This document shows positions 9,056-18,128 of a stretch of DNA of 64,000 bases, one piece after another (positions within the stretch are counted from its first letter, which is position 1; every line of letters starts with the position of its first letter). The stretch spans positions 768,001 through 832,000 of the forward strand of contig OZ219816.1 of NCBI GenBank assembly GCA_964291235.2. Direction: 5' to 3'. The position numbers were made by a program, and so were the translations under genes. The notes under the pieces are model-generated. The model saw only the letters and a program-made list of their open reading frames with translations, did not search any database and was not told where the DNA came from. Source of the DNA: Vicinamibacteria bacterium (GTDB lineage Bacteria; Acidobacteriota; Vicinamibacteria; Marinacidobacterales; Marinacidobacteraceae).

Positions 9056-10066
9056 GTGACTGGGCCGGCGACATTCGAGCGGGCGCTCCGGCGCGCGATC
9101 GACCAAAAGACGAAGCCCATAGGGTCGCTCGGCAGGATCGAGTGGCTGGCGAAGCGAATCGCCAGGGTCCAGAGGACGCTGGCGCCGCGGATGGAGCGCT
9201 GCCGGCTGCTCCTGTTCGCCGCCGACCACGGGATTGCGGCAGCCGGAGTCTCCGCCTATCCCCAGACAGTCACTCGCCAAATGGTCGGCAATCTGCTTTC
9301 CGGCGGCGCCGCCGCGAATGTCCTCGCCCGCAGCGTGGGAGTGGAGGTTTCGATCGTGGACGCCGGGGTTGCGGGCGGACCGATCGCACACCCGGACCTG
9401 CTCGATCGGCGGATAGGGAACGGGACGCGGAATGCTGCCGAGGGTCCCGCGATGACCCCCGCGCAGCGGGAAGCCGCCATCGAGTGCGGCGAGCTCCTGG
9501 GATCCGAAGGCGACAGTGAGGCACTTGCCCTTGGCGAGATGGGGATCGGCAACACCTCGTCCGCCGCTCTCGTGGCTCACAAACTGCTCGGGATTGACCT
9601 CGATGAGCTGGTGGGCCCGGGATCCGGGCTCGATGGGGTCGGCGTCCACCACAAGCGGCAAGTACTCCGCCGGGCGGCGGTTCGCACTCCCTCTCCCCTC
9701 GCCGCCGGCCCCGCCCTGGCCGAGTACGGCGGGTTTGAGATCGCGATGATGGCGGGGGCGATTCTCGGTGGAGCGTCCGCGGGGCGTCTCGTTCTCGTGG
9801 ACGGCTACATCGCGACTGCCGCTGCCGCCGCGGCGCTCTCGATCCGTCCGGAAATCCGGACGACCCTTGTCTTTGCGCATCGCTCCGCCGAGCCTGGGCA
9901 TGACCTGATGCTGCAAGCGCTCGACGTGCTGCCGCTCCTCGACCTGGGGATGCGTCTCGGCGAAGGGACAGGGGCCCTCCTGGCCTGGCCCGTGGTCCGT
10001 GCCGCTGCCGCGATGCTCCGGGAGATGGCAAGCTTCGACGATGCCGGGATCAGTGGGCCGGTATGA
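9056..10066 (+). CDS. cobT: Nicotinate-nucleotide--dimethylbenzimidazole phosphoribosyltransferase
   Basis: KTKPIGSLGRIE, FAADHG, GEMGIGNTSSA and LGMRLGEGTGA. Confidence 0.95.
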   Translation: MTGPATFERALRRAIDQKTKPIGSLGRIEWLAKRIARVQRTLAPRMERCRLLLFAADHGIAAAGVSAYPQTVTRQMVGNLLSGGAAANVLARSVGVEVSIVDAGVAGGPIAHPDLLDRRIGNGTRNAAEGPAMTPAQREAAIECGELLGSEGDSEALALGEMGIGNTSSAALVAHKLLGIDLDELVGPGSGLDGVGVHHKRQVLRRAAVRTPSPLAAGPALAEYGGFEIAMMAGAILGGASAGRLVLVDGYIATAAAAAALSIRPEIRTTLVFAHRSAEPGHDLMLQALDVLPLLDLGMRLGEGTGALLAWPVVRAAAAMLREMASFDDAGISGPV

Positions 10067-10824
10067 GCGCGTTGACCCGCGAGCTGGTGCTCTTCCGGTT
10101 GGCGGTGCAATTCCTCACGCGGCTGCCGGTCGGTGACATCGCTGCTTTCACGCCGGAGCTCCTCGGCGCCGCCCGCCGCTATTTCCCGGCTGTGGGTGCC
10201 CTGGTCGGTGGGCTGGGGGCGCTCGGCTACGTCGCAGCGGCGACGGTTTTTCCCCCGTCCATCGCGGCGCTGGCAGCCACCGCCATTACGCTGTTGGCCA
10301 CCGGCGCGTTCCACGAAGACGGACTCGCGGACACGTTCGACGGTTTCGGAGGTCGCGACCGGGAAGCCGCGCTGGCGATCATGCGGGACAGCCGGGTCGG
10401 AAGTTACGGAATGGCGGCGCTCGGGCTCGCCCTGGCCTTCAAGGTGGCCGCGCTCGCCAGTCTTCCCGTCGCTGCCGCGGCTGGTGGCCTGGTGAGTGCT
10501 CACGGGCTTTCTCGTCTCTCCGCGCTCCTGGCGGCCCGAACCTCCCGTTACCTCCGGGACGGGGGCGCTGGAGAGCTCCTTCGCGGCGGTATCGGCGTGG
10601 GCGGGAGCTTGCTTGCCGGTTTGACCGGACTGGCCTGTTTCGGCGTGACGGCTGCTGTCTCGATTCCGGCGGCCCTCACCGGACTCGCCGGACTGGCGCT
10701 TGGCCACCTGTTCATGCGTCGCCTCTACGAACCGCGCTTCGGTGGGCACACCGGCGACACTCTCGGGGCCGTCCAGCAGGTCAGCGAAGTCGGGTTCTAT
10801 CTCGGGGTCGCGGTGTGGCTCTGA
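10063..10824 (+). CDS. cobS: Adenosylcobinamide-GDP ribazoletransferase
   Basis: QFLTRLP, TGAFHEDGLADTFDG, IMRDSRVGSYG and GGHTGDTLGA. Confidence 0.95.
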   Translation: MSALTRELVLFRLAVQFLTRLPVGDIAAFTPELLGAARRYFPAVGALVGGLGALGYVAAATVFPPSIAALAATAITLLATGAFHEDGLADTFDGFGGRDREAALAIMRDSRVGSYGMAALGLALAFKVAALASLPVAAAAGGLVSAHGLSRLSALLAARTSRYLRDGGAGELLRGGIGVGGSLLAGLTGLACFGVTAAVSIPAALTGLAGLALGHLFMRRLYEPRFGGHTGDTLGAVQQVSEVGFYLGVAVWL

Positions 10825-11312
10825 CACTTGTCCGTCACACCCGGCCGGCCTGGGATGCCGGAGTCTGTTACGGGCGAACCGACATCGGCGTGGCCTCCAG
10901 CTTCCCCGACGACGCGCGCGCGGTGATCCGGCGCCTGACGGCGCCCGACCGCCTTGTTTCCAGCCCCCTCCTTCGTTGTCGGGCGCTCGCCGAACGCATT
11001 GGGGCGGCCTTCAACCTCCGCCCGGCCTTCGACGATCGACTCCAGGAGCTGGACTTTGGCGCATGGGAGGGACGACGCTGGAAGGAAATCGCCCGCGCGG
11101 AGCTGGACGCCTGGGCGACCGACGTGCTGCACGCCTGTCCCCACGGCGGCGAGAGCGTCGCCCGGATGGCGGTCCGGGTGGGGGAAGCGCTCGCCGACCT
11201 GCGGGCGCGGGAGGGGTCGTGCGTGGTGGTCACGCACGCTGGCGTGATCCGGATAGCCAGCGGGCGCCGTTGGGATGCGAATATCCCCTACGGCGCGACC
11301 TGCCACCTCTGA
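10815..11312 (+). CDS. cobC: Alpha-ribazole phosphatase-like histidine phosphatase
   Basis: LVRHT, SSPLLRC, ELDFGAWEG, GGES and VVTHAGVIR, within the cob cluster. Confidence 0.85.
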   Translation: MALTLVRHTRPAWDAGVCYGRTDIGVASSFPDDARAVIRRLTAPDRLVSSPLLRCRALAERIGAAFNLRPAFDDRLQELDFGAWEGRRWKEIARAELDAWATDVLHACPHGGESVARMAVRVGEALADLRAREGSCVVVTHAGVIRIASGRRWDANIPYGATCHL

Positions 11313-11348
11313 GAACCAATTGAGGGCGCGAGTGCTGAAAATGTCACG

Positions 11349-11963
11349 ATGACCGATAGCAACGATCAGGGCCGCGCCCACCAGGCGCGAATGCGGACGC
11401 TCCAGGCGGAGGTCCGGAAAAAGCGCGCCACCGCGACGGACCCGGGCCGGGGTCTCGTGCTGGTCCACACCGGAGACGGCAAAGGCAAGTCCAGTTCCGC
11501 CTTCGGGGTCGTCGCGCGATCGCTGGGTTGGGGGCGCCGGGTCGGGGTGGTCCAGTTCATCAAGGGCAACTGGAAGACCGGCGAGCGCCAGTTCTTCAGC
11601 CGCTTTCCGGAGGCGGTGACCTGGCGAACGATGGGCGAGGGGTTCACCTGGGACACGCAGGACCGGGACCGCGACATGGCGGTCGCGGAGGAGGCCTTTG
11701 CTGCCGCGCGGGCGATGCTGTCCTCGGGCGACTACGACCTGGTCGTCCTTGACGAGATCAACGTGGTGATGAGCTATGGCTATCTGGACTCCGGAACCGT
11801 CTTGAAGGGCCTCGACGCGCGCGCCGGGCGCACGAGCGTCATCCTGACGGGACGCGGCGCGCTGCCCGAGGTCATGGACCATGCCGACCTGGTCACCGAG
11901 ATGCGCGAGGTGAAGCACCCCTTCGCCGCCGGGATCAAGGCCCAGCGCGGCCTTGACTACTGA
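11349..11963 (+). CDS. cobO: Cob(I)yrinic acid a,c-diamide adenosyltransferase (CobO/BtuR)
   Basis: HTGDGKGKSSSAFG, VQFIKG, GEGFTW, LDEIN, LTGR and KHPF. Confidence 0.95.
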   Translation: MTDSNDQGRAHQARMRTLQAEVRKKRATATDPGRGLVLVHTGDGKGKSSSAFGVVARSLGWGRRVGVVQFIKGNWKTGERQFFSRFPEAVTWRTMGEGFTWDTQDRDRDMAVAEEAFAAARAMLSSGDYDLVVLDEINVVMSYGYLDSGTVLKGLDARAGRTSVILTGRGALPEVMDHADLVTEMREVKHPFAAGIKAQRGLDY

Positions 11964-11990
11964 GGATTGCGGAGCTGGCGTTTCGCCGGA

Positions 11991-12542
11991 TCACTGCGGC
12001 GCCGGGCTGCCGCCGGACGCTGGCTTCAACAACAGCGGCAGGCCGGCAGTTACCAGTTCCACGCGGTCCGCGATCGCTGCCACGAGCTGATTGAGCCGTC
12101 CCTGGGCGTCACGAAACTCGCGGGCAAGGGCGTTGCCGGGGGCGATGCCGGCTCCCACCTCGTTGGAGACCAGGATCAGGGCCTGGTCCGGGCCGCCCGC
12201 TGCCGTCCGGATGGCTTGGCACAGTGCGGACGTCTCCCGCTCCAGGGGGCGTCCGTGGTGCATCAGGTTGGAAAGCCAGATGGTGAGGCAGTCCACGACC
12301 ACGACACGGCCAGGTCCGCATGCGGAACGAACCGCCGCGGTCAACTCGAGCGGGGCCTCTACGGTCGTGAAATCCGGAGCGCGATCGCGCCGGTGCCGGG
12401 CGATGCGCGCCGCCATCTCCCCGTCGAGCGGTTCCGCGGTGGCGACGAAGATCTTCTCGGGGGCGCGCGAGTCGGCGGCGAGAGTCAGGGCCCGGGCGCT
12501 CTTCCCCGAGCGGGCGCCGCCGAGAACCAGGGTAACCGTCAT
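11991..12542 (-). CDS. cobU: Bifunctional adenosylcobinamide kinase / cobinamide-phosphate guanylyltransferase
   Basis: LVLGGARSGKS, DGEMAARIARHR, VDCLTIWLSN and VSNEVG. Start placed at ATG 12542. Confidence 0.95.
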   Translation of the reverse strand: MTVTLVLGGARSGKSARALTLAADSRAPEKIFVATAEPLDGEMAARIARHRRDRAPDFTTVEAPLELTAAVRSACGPGRVVVVDCLTIWLSNLMHHGRPLERETSALCQAIRTAAGGPDQALILVSNEVGAGIAPGNALAREFRDAQGRLNQLVAAIADRVELVTAGLPLLLKPASGGSPAPQ

Positions 12543-12664
12543 CTGCCGCAGGCAAGTCTGGAGCAAAGCGGTCGGGCCGGCAAGACGGGATTCTGGTGCT
12601 CATTGGTTGGACCCCGGGCGGAGTGGGGGAGAATTGCGCCGATGCCCGTACGTTTACCCAGCTC

Positions 12665-13429
12665 ATGAGCGAAACGCTGTCGGTGCGGGGCATCACGGTC
12701 ATCGCCGGCCGCACCACGCTGGTGCGGGATGTCTCGTTTGATCTCATCCCGGGCGAGCTCATTGCGCTGATCGGACCAAACGGCGCCGGCAAGACCACCC
12801 TGCTCCGCGCCGCGCTGGGTCTCCTGAAGCGCTTCGGGGGACAGGCGCTGCTCGGAGAACGGGACACTCGCGCGCTCGCTCCGCGGGAACGGGCGCGTCG
12901 TATTGCCTATCTCCCCCAGCTGCGCCCGTTGGTCTGGCCCCAGGCGGTCCGTGATGTCGTCGCGCTCGGACGCTTTTCGCACGGTGCGGTGCCCGGAAAC
13001 CTCTCCCGAGCGGATGCGGAAGCGGTGGACGCGGCGATCGAGGTCTGCGATCTCACGCATCTTCGGGAACGCTCGGCCGCGACCCTCTCCGGCGGCGAGC
13101 GGGCCCGCATGCACTGCGCTCGGGCGCTCGCGGCACGGGCGCCGCTCCTGCTTGCCGACGAACCGATCGCCTCGCTCGATCCGCGCCATCAGTTCCAGGT
13201 GATGGAACTCATCCGGACGTTCGTGGACGAGGGTGGAGGCGCGCTCATCGTGCTGCACGACGTAGGGCTGGCGAGACGTTTCGCCGACCGGTTCCTGTGG
13301 ATGAAGGACGGCGAAATTGTCGCTGACGGTACGGTCCCGGAGACGCTCGACCCCGAACGAATGGAGTCAGTCTTCGGTGTGCGGGCCCGGGTCGAGCGCG
13401 ACCTGGTCGCGATCGAGGGGCCGGCATGA
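12665..13429 (+). CDS. Cobalamin/iron-siderophore ABC transporter ATPase (BtuD/FepC-like)
   Basis: GPNGAGKTT, LSGGERAR, LLADEP and LHD. Start placed at ATG 12665. Confidence 0.9.
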   Translation: MSETLSVRGITVIAGRTTLVRDVSFDLIPGELIALIGPNGAGKTTLLRAALGLLKRFGGQALLGERDTRALAPRERARRIAYLPQLRPLVWPQAVRDVVALGRFSHGAVPGNLSRADAEAVDAAIEVCDLTHLRERSAATLSGGERARMHCARALAARAPLLLADEPIASLDPRHQFQVMELIRTFVDEGGGALIVLHDVGLARRFADRFLWMKDGEIVADGTVPETLDPERMESVFGVRARVERDLVAIEGPA

Positions 13430-14247
13430 GGATCGCGCTGCTGCTGGGGATCCTCGGGGTGCTCTTGTTTCCACCGGCGCCCGCCGGGGCGTCCCCGCCG
13501 CAACGAAAACGGCCGTCGCGGATCGTGAGTCTCGACTACTGCTCCGATCAATTCGTGCTCCGCCTGGCGGACCGCGACCGGATCCTCGCGGTGTCGCCCG
13601 ATGCCGGGAAGAGCTTTTCCTACATGCGGGAGGCGGCGACGGGGTTGCCGCGGGTGCGACCGCGGGCGGAGGACGTGGTGCTGCTGGGGCCCGATCTGGT
13701 GGTTCGCGCCTACGGCGGCGGCCCGAACATCGGTGGTTTCCTGGCGCGCGCCGGGATTGAAATGGCGCAGGTCGAATCCGCGGAGGACCTTGATGGGGTC
13801 AAGCGGGTGCTGCGCGAGATGGCGGAGGCACTCGGCGAGCCGGCGAAAGCGGTCTCCATCATCGCCGATATGGAGGAGCGGGAGGTCGCGCTCGGCCGCC
13901 GGCCGGGAACCGAAACGGTCTTGTACATGACGCCGTCCGGCGTCACCACGGGCCCGGGAACGCTCGTCCACGAAATGCTGCGGGCCGCCGGCTTCCTGAA
14001 TTTCCAGCGCGAGCCGGGGTGGCGGACATTGCCGCTCGAGCGACTTGCCTACGAGCGGCCGGATCGGGTGGCCGCCGCGTTCTTCGTCGGCGATATGAGC
14101 CACTTCGAGGCCTGGAGCGCCATGCGCCATCCGATCGCTCGAGCCCAGTTGCGCGAGCGGCCGGTCACCGCCCTCTCGGGCGCCTGGACAGCGTGTGGGG
14201 GTTGGTTCCTGCTCGACGCTGTCGAGGCGCTGGCCGGGAGCGAATGA
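13426..14247 (+). CDS. Periplasmic corrinoid-binding protein (BtuF-like)
   Basis: Signal peptide, RIVSLDYCSDQ and AEDVVLLGPDLVV, within the cob cluster. Confidence 0.8.
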   Translation: MRIALLLGILGVLLFPPAPAGASPPQRKRPSRIVSLDYCSDQFVLRLADRDRILAVSPDAGKSFSYMREAATGLPRVRPRAEDVVLLGPDLVVRAYGGGPNIGGFLARAGIEMAQVESAEDLDGVKRVLREMAEALGEPAKAVSIIADMEEREVALGRRPGTETVLYMTPSGVTTGPGTLVHEMLRAAGFLNFQREPGWRTLPLERLAYERPDRVAAAFFVGDMSHFEAWSAMRHPIARAQLRERPVTALSGAWTACGGWFLLDAVEALAGSE

Positions 14248-15233
14248 CCGGTCGCCGGCTCGTCTGGTGCCTCGCCCTTGCCGGGGCAGGGGGACTCGTG
14301 GCAGCGTGCCTCCTCGGCGCCACCCCCCTGTCACCGGGTCGCGTCCTCGCCGCTTTCCTCGGACAGGGAAGTCCGGGCGATCAGGTTGTCGTCTTGCAGA
14401 TTCGCCTGCCGCGGGCGCTCGCGGCCTTCTCCGTAGGCGCCGCCCTCGGGGTGAGCGGCGCCGCGCTTCAGGGCCTTCTCAGGAATCCGCTGGCGGAGCC
14501 CGGGGTGCTTGGCGTCTCGGCGAGCGCCGCCCTCGGGTCCACGGTAGTCATCTATTACGGACTCGCCGGCGCCTGGCTCTGGGCAGTCCCGATCGCCGCG
14601 GTGGCGAGCGCTCTTGCCGTCACGGCGCTCCTCGCCTTCGCGGCGAGCCACACGCGCTCGGTGGTCACGCTGATCCTGATCGGGGTCGGGTTCTCGAGTT
14701 TCGCCGGCGCCGTGATGTCGCTGCTCCTGAACCTCGCACCCAACCCCTTCTCGCTCGCCGAAATGATCAACTGGACGCTCGGATCGGTGGCGAACCGCAG
14801 CTATGAGGATCTGCTGCTCGCCGTGCCGCTGATGGCGGCGGGGGCGGCGATCCTGTTCCGCTACCGGCGCGGGCTCTCGGCGCTGACCCTCGGGGAGGAA
14901 GCTGCGAGCGGGGTGGGTCTCGATCTCCGGCGCCAGCGGATCGCAGTGGTGGTGGGGGCCGGTCTCGCGGCCGGCGCCGCCGTCGCGTTGGCGGGGGTGA
15001 TCGGTTTCGTGGGAATCGTGGCGCCTCACATCGTCCGTCCGCTGGTCGGCTACGACCCCGCCCGGAGCCTTGTCCCCGCGGCGCTCCTGGCGGGCGTCAT
15101 GCTGGTTGGCGCTGACATCGGCGTCCGGTTGTTGCCTACCGCGGTGGAGTTGAATCTCGGCGTAGTGGCGGCGCTCTTCGGCGCTCCGGCGTTTATCTGG
15201 ATCGCCGCCCGCGGGCGCCCCCTCATGGATTAG
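14244..15233 (+). CDS. FecCD/BtuC-family ABC permease
   Basis: IRLPRAL, LQGLLRNPLAEPGVLGVS and IGFVGIVAPH. ATG 14244 overlaps the upstream TGA. Confidence 0.9.
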   Translation: MTGRRLVWCLALAGAGGLVAACLLGATPLSPGRVLAAFLGQGSPGDQVVVLQIRLPRALAAFSVGAALGVSGAALQGLLRNPLAEPGVLGVSASAALGSTVVIYYGLAGAWLWAVPIAAVASALAVTALLAFAASHTRSVVTLILIGVGFSSFAGAVMSLLLNLAPNPFSLAEMINWTLGSVANRSYEDLLLAVPLMAAGAAILFRYRRGLSALTLGEEAASGVGLDLRRQRIAVVVGAGLAAGAAVALAGVIGFVGIVAPHIVRPLVGYDPARSLVPAALLAGVMLVGADIGVRLLPTAVELNLGVVAALFGAPAFIWIAARGRPLMD

Positions 15234-15260
15234 CCCGTGGTGAAACTCGCGTGAGCGCCG
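15231..15260 (+). repeat. Degenerate left end of the CAGCCTGTGG element
   Basis: tagcccgtggtgaaactcgcgtgagcgccg matches 58886-58915 at 26 of 30 positions and begins on the permease TAG stop. Confidence 0.6.
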
Positions 15261-15267
15261 TCCGTCC

Positions 15268-16743
15268 GTGAAACCCGCTACCGAAGGCCCGGTCCTCGTG
15301 ACCGGCGCGAGCGGTTATGTAGGCGGTCGCCTGGTACCGGCTTTGGAGGCTCGCGGCTTTCGGGTCCGGTGCCTGGCCCGCCGCCCCGAATTCCTCGAGG
15401 GCCGCTTCGCCCCGAACACCCGGATCGTCCGCGGCGATGTCCTGGACCCGGACTCCCTCTGTTCGGCCCTGGAGGGTGTCCACACCGCCTACTACCTCGT
15501 CCACTCCATGGGGGCCTCCGGCGACTTCGAAGAGCAGGATCGCCTAGGGGCGCGCAACTTTGCCCGCGCCGCGCGCCAGCGCGGAGTCCGGCGGGTCATC
15601 TATCTGGGCGGCCTCGGAGAACGCGCACTGTCATCGCATCTGGCGAGCCGTCAGGAAGTCGGTGAAGTCCTGGCGGCGGAGGGGCCGCCGGTCGTGGAGT
15701 TCCGGGCCTCCATCGTGATCGGTTCGGGTTCACTCTCCTTCGAGATGATCCGGGCGCTCGTCAACAAGCTGCCGGTGATGGTCACTCCGCGCTGGGTGCG
15801 GACGCGGACCCAGCCCATCGCCATCGAGGATGTGATCGCCTATCTGGTGCAGGGACAGGAGCTCGAAGCGGAAGCAACGGTCGTATTCGAAATCGGCGGC
15901 CCCGACCGGGTCAGCTACGGCGAGCTGATGCAGGAATATGCCCGGCAGATCGGCGTGCGCAGGCTGATGCTCCCGGCGCCGCTGCTCACCACCCGGCTCT
16001 CCAGCCTGTGGCTCGGGCTGGTCACGCCGCTGTACGCGCGGGTCGGCAGGAAGTTGATCGACAGCCTGCGCAATGAAACGGTAGTCCACCGTCCGAGCGC
16101 CCTGGCGCGGTTTCCCATCCAGCCCCTGAGCGTCCGGGAGGCCATCGCGCGCGCCCTTGAGCAGGAGGATCGGGAGATCGCGGCTACCCGCTGGAGCGAC
16201 GCCGTGTCCTCGAGCGGTAGCACCGGGCGGTGGGGCGGCGAGCGCTTCGGTTCGCGCCTCGTGGACCGCCAGCAGATCCTGGTGAGCGCCGGTCCCCGCG
16301 ACGCGTTCGCCCCGATACAGCGAATTGGCGGCCGTCAGGGCTGGTATTTCGCCACCTGGCTCTGGCGCCTGCGCGGCCTTGTCGATCTTCTTTTCGGGGG
16401 CGTGGGGATGCGGCGCGGACGCCGGCACCCGGTGGAGCTCAGGGCAGGGGATCCGCTCGACTTCTGGCGGGTCGAGGCATGGGAGGAGGACCGTCTGCTC
16501 CGCTTGCGGGCCGAGATGAAGGTGCCCGGAAGAGCCTGGTTGCAGTTCGAGGCGGAGCCGGTCGAGAGGGGCACCCGGATTACCCAGACCGCCGTCTTCG
16601 ATCCGCTGGGAGTGGGAGGGCTCGCTTACTGGTATGGGCTCTATCCCGCCCACTGGTTGATCTTCCGGCGCCTGCTGCGGGAGATTGGTGCACGTGCCAA
16701 CCGTTCCGCAGAGGCACGCGAACCGTTCACCCGGCTCGGTTGA
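15268..16743 (+). CDS. Atypical SDR (NAD(P)-binding) with C-terminal DUF2867, YbjT-like
   Basis: VLVTGASGYVGGRL, YYLVHSM, SFEMIRAL and C-terminal LDFWRVE...AEMKVPGRAWL...YWY. Confidence 0.85.
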   Translation: MKPATEGPVLVTGASGYVGGRLVPALEARGFRVRCLARRPEFLEGRFAPNTRIVRGDVLDPDSLCSALEGVHTAYYLVHSMGASGDFEEQDRLGARNFARAARQRGVRRVIYLGGLGERALSSHLASRQEVGEVLAAEGPPVVEFRASIVIGSGSLSFEMIRALVNKLPVMVTPRWVRTRTQPIAIEDVIAYLVQGQELEAEATVVFEIGGPDRVSYGELMQEYARQIGVRRLMLPAPLLTTRLSSLWLGLVTPLYARVGRKLIDSLRNETVVHRPSALARFPIQPLSVREAIARALEQEDREIAATRWSDAVSSSGSTGRWGGERFGSRLVDRQQILVSAGPRDAFAPIQRIGGRQGWYFATWLWRLRGLVDLLFGGVGMRRGRRHPVELRAGDPLDFWRVEAWEEDRLLRLRAEMKVPGRAWLQFEAEPVERGTRITQTAVFDPLGVGGLAYWYGLYPAHWLIFRRLLREIGARANRSAEAREPFTRLG

Positions 16744-16849
16744 ACGGCTGGCGCGCAGCGGAAATCAGCAGATTCCGAGCCGCCCGGTCCGGCTCCCGCT
16801 CCTCAGTGGCCGGGCGCCCGGAAGGTCCCGGGGCCCTTGCGCAGGCGGT

Positions 16850-18103
16850 TCAGACGACTATGAGCGGACGGAGGGCCTTCAGGCCGGTGAGCGCGCGTTC
16901 GACGTGCTCTGCGGTGTTGTAGAGATGCGGAGAGAGTCGGAAGCCGCCCGACGTCGAGCCGGCGACGCCGTGCTCCTCGTACATCCGGGAGAACACCTCC
17001 CGCCGGGACTCGGCGGGAACTTCGACGATGACCACGCCCGCCGAGAGTGCGTCTGCCATCGGGGTCACCAGCGGAATGCCCATTTCGGCGATTCCCTGTT
17101 TGAGGCGCCGAGCCAGATCCATCATCCGGTTCTCCACCTTGTCCGGGCCGATCTCCTCGTGAAATTCCGCGGTGGTGCCCATGGCGGCCAGGCACGCGTC
17201 GTCACGCTGTCCCATGGACTCGAACTTCCGCGCACCGGTCGGATCGGGATCGGCGTCGCCGCCCCACCCCGGGGCGACCACCGAGGGCCAAAGGCGCGGG
17301 ATGATTTCCGAACGGACCACCAGCACGCCGCATTCCTTGGGGCCGCAGAACCACTTGTGGGAACTGCTGGCGAAGGTGTCCGCGCCGATGGCGGGCACGT
17401 CCACGGATAGCCCGCCGAAACTCTGGGCTCCGTCCACATGGACGTGGATTCCCCGTTCGTGGGCGGCATCGGCGATCCGGCGCACCGGCAGGTGGATCCC
17501 GGACACGTTCGAGACGTGCGTGATGGCGACCACCTTGGTGTCGGCGCTGAAGGCATCGATGAACGGGGCGGCGAGGTCGTTCTCGTCCGCGGGAGCCTTC
17601 GGGACCGAAACCCGCCGTACCGAGAAGCCGTAGCGGGCGGCGCGTACGTCCCAGGCCACGTTGTTGGTGGGATGGTTCTGATCCCACAGGACGACTTCGT
17701 CGCCCGCCGCGAGGGGAACTCCGGCGTTGACGATGTTGTTGGCCTCGCTGGTGTTGCGGACGAGCGCCAACTCGTCGCCCGATACTCCGAGCTGCGCCGC
17801 CACCCGCCGGCGCGAGGACTCCAGCAGGTCCCCGAACTTGCCGCGGTTCTGGAACGAACAGTCGTGGTCGATGTCGCGAGTCAGTTCGTTCACCCGGTCG
17901 GCCACCGACCGGGGCGAGGGGCACAGGTTCGCGGCGTTCATCGGCACCTTGTCTTCTTCGAACGGGAACTCCCACCGCACCATGCGGAACAGGGTCTCGT
18001 CGTCGGCGGCAGCGGCCCGGACGACCGGGAAGGCAGCGGGCGTCACCGCGGCGGTACGCAGGAATGCGCGCCGGGTTACGGCATTCGCGAGGGACTTCGT
18101 CAT
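16850..18103 (-). CDS. Class V PLP-dependent aminotransferase (isopenicillin N epimerase / cysteine desulfurase-like) with Tat-like leader
   Basis: RNTSEAN, THVSNVSG, HVDGAQ, SSHKWFCGPKECG (PLP lysine) and N-terminal TRRAFL. Confidence 0.85.
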   Translation of the reverse strand: MTKSLANAVTRRAFLRTAAVTPAAFPVVRAAAADDETLFRMVRWEFPFEEDKVPMNAANLCPSPRSVADRVNELTRDIDHDCSFQNRGKFGDLLESSRRRVAAQLGVSGDELALVRNTSEANNIVNAGVPLAAGDEVVLWDQNHPTNNVAWDVRAARYGFSVRRVSVPKAPADENDLAAPFIDAFSADTKVVAITHVSNVSGIHLPVRRIADAAHERGIHVHVDGAQSFGGLSVDVPAIGADTFASSSHKWFCGPKECGVLVVRSEIIPRLWPSVVAPGWGGDADPDPTGARKFESMGQRDDACLAAMGTTAEFHEEIGPDKVENRMMDLARRLKQGIAEMGIPLVTPMADALSAGVVIVEVPAESRREVFSRMYEEHGVAGSTSGGFRLSPHLYNTAEHVERALTGLKALRPLIVV

Positions 18104-18128
18104 GGCGGGCGCCTCCGGATTTCGGAGT

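Noticed and set aside
12543-12664. Possible cobalamin riboswitch in the cobU/ABC divergent spacer (also checked 8965-9055 and 4465-4800)
   Set aside because: No recognisable B12-box or GGGAA...GCCACTG core by eye, and the two cob spacers are short. An Infernal search would be needed to exclude it fully.
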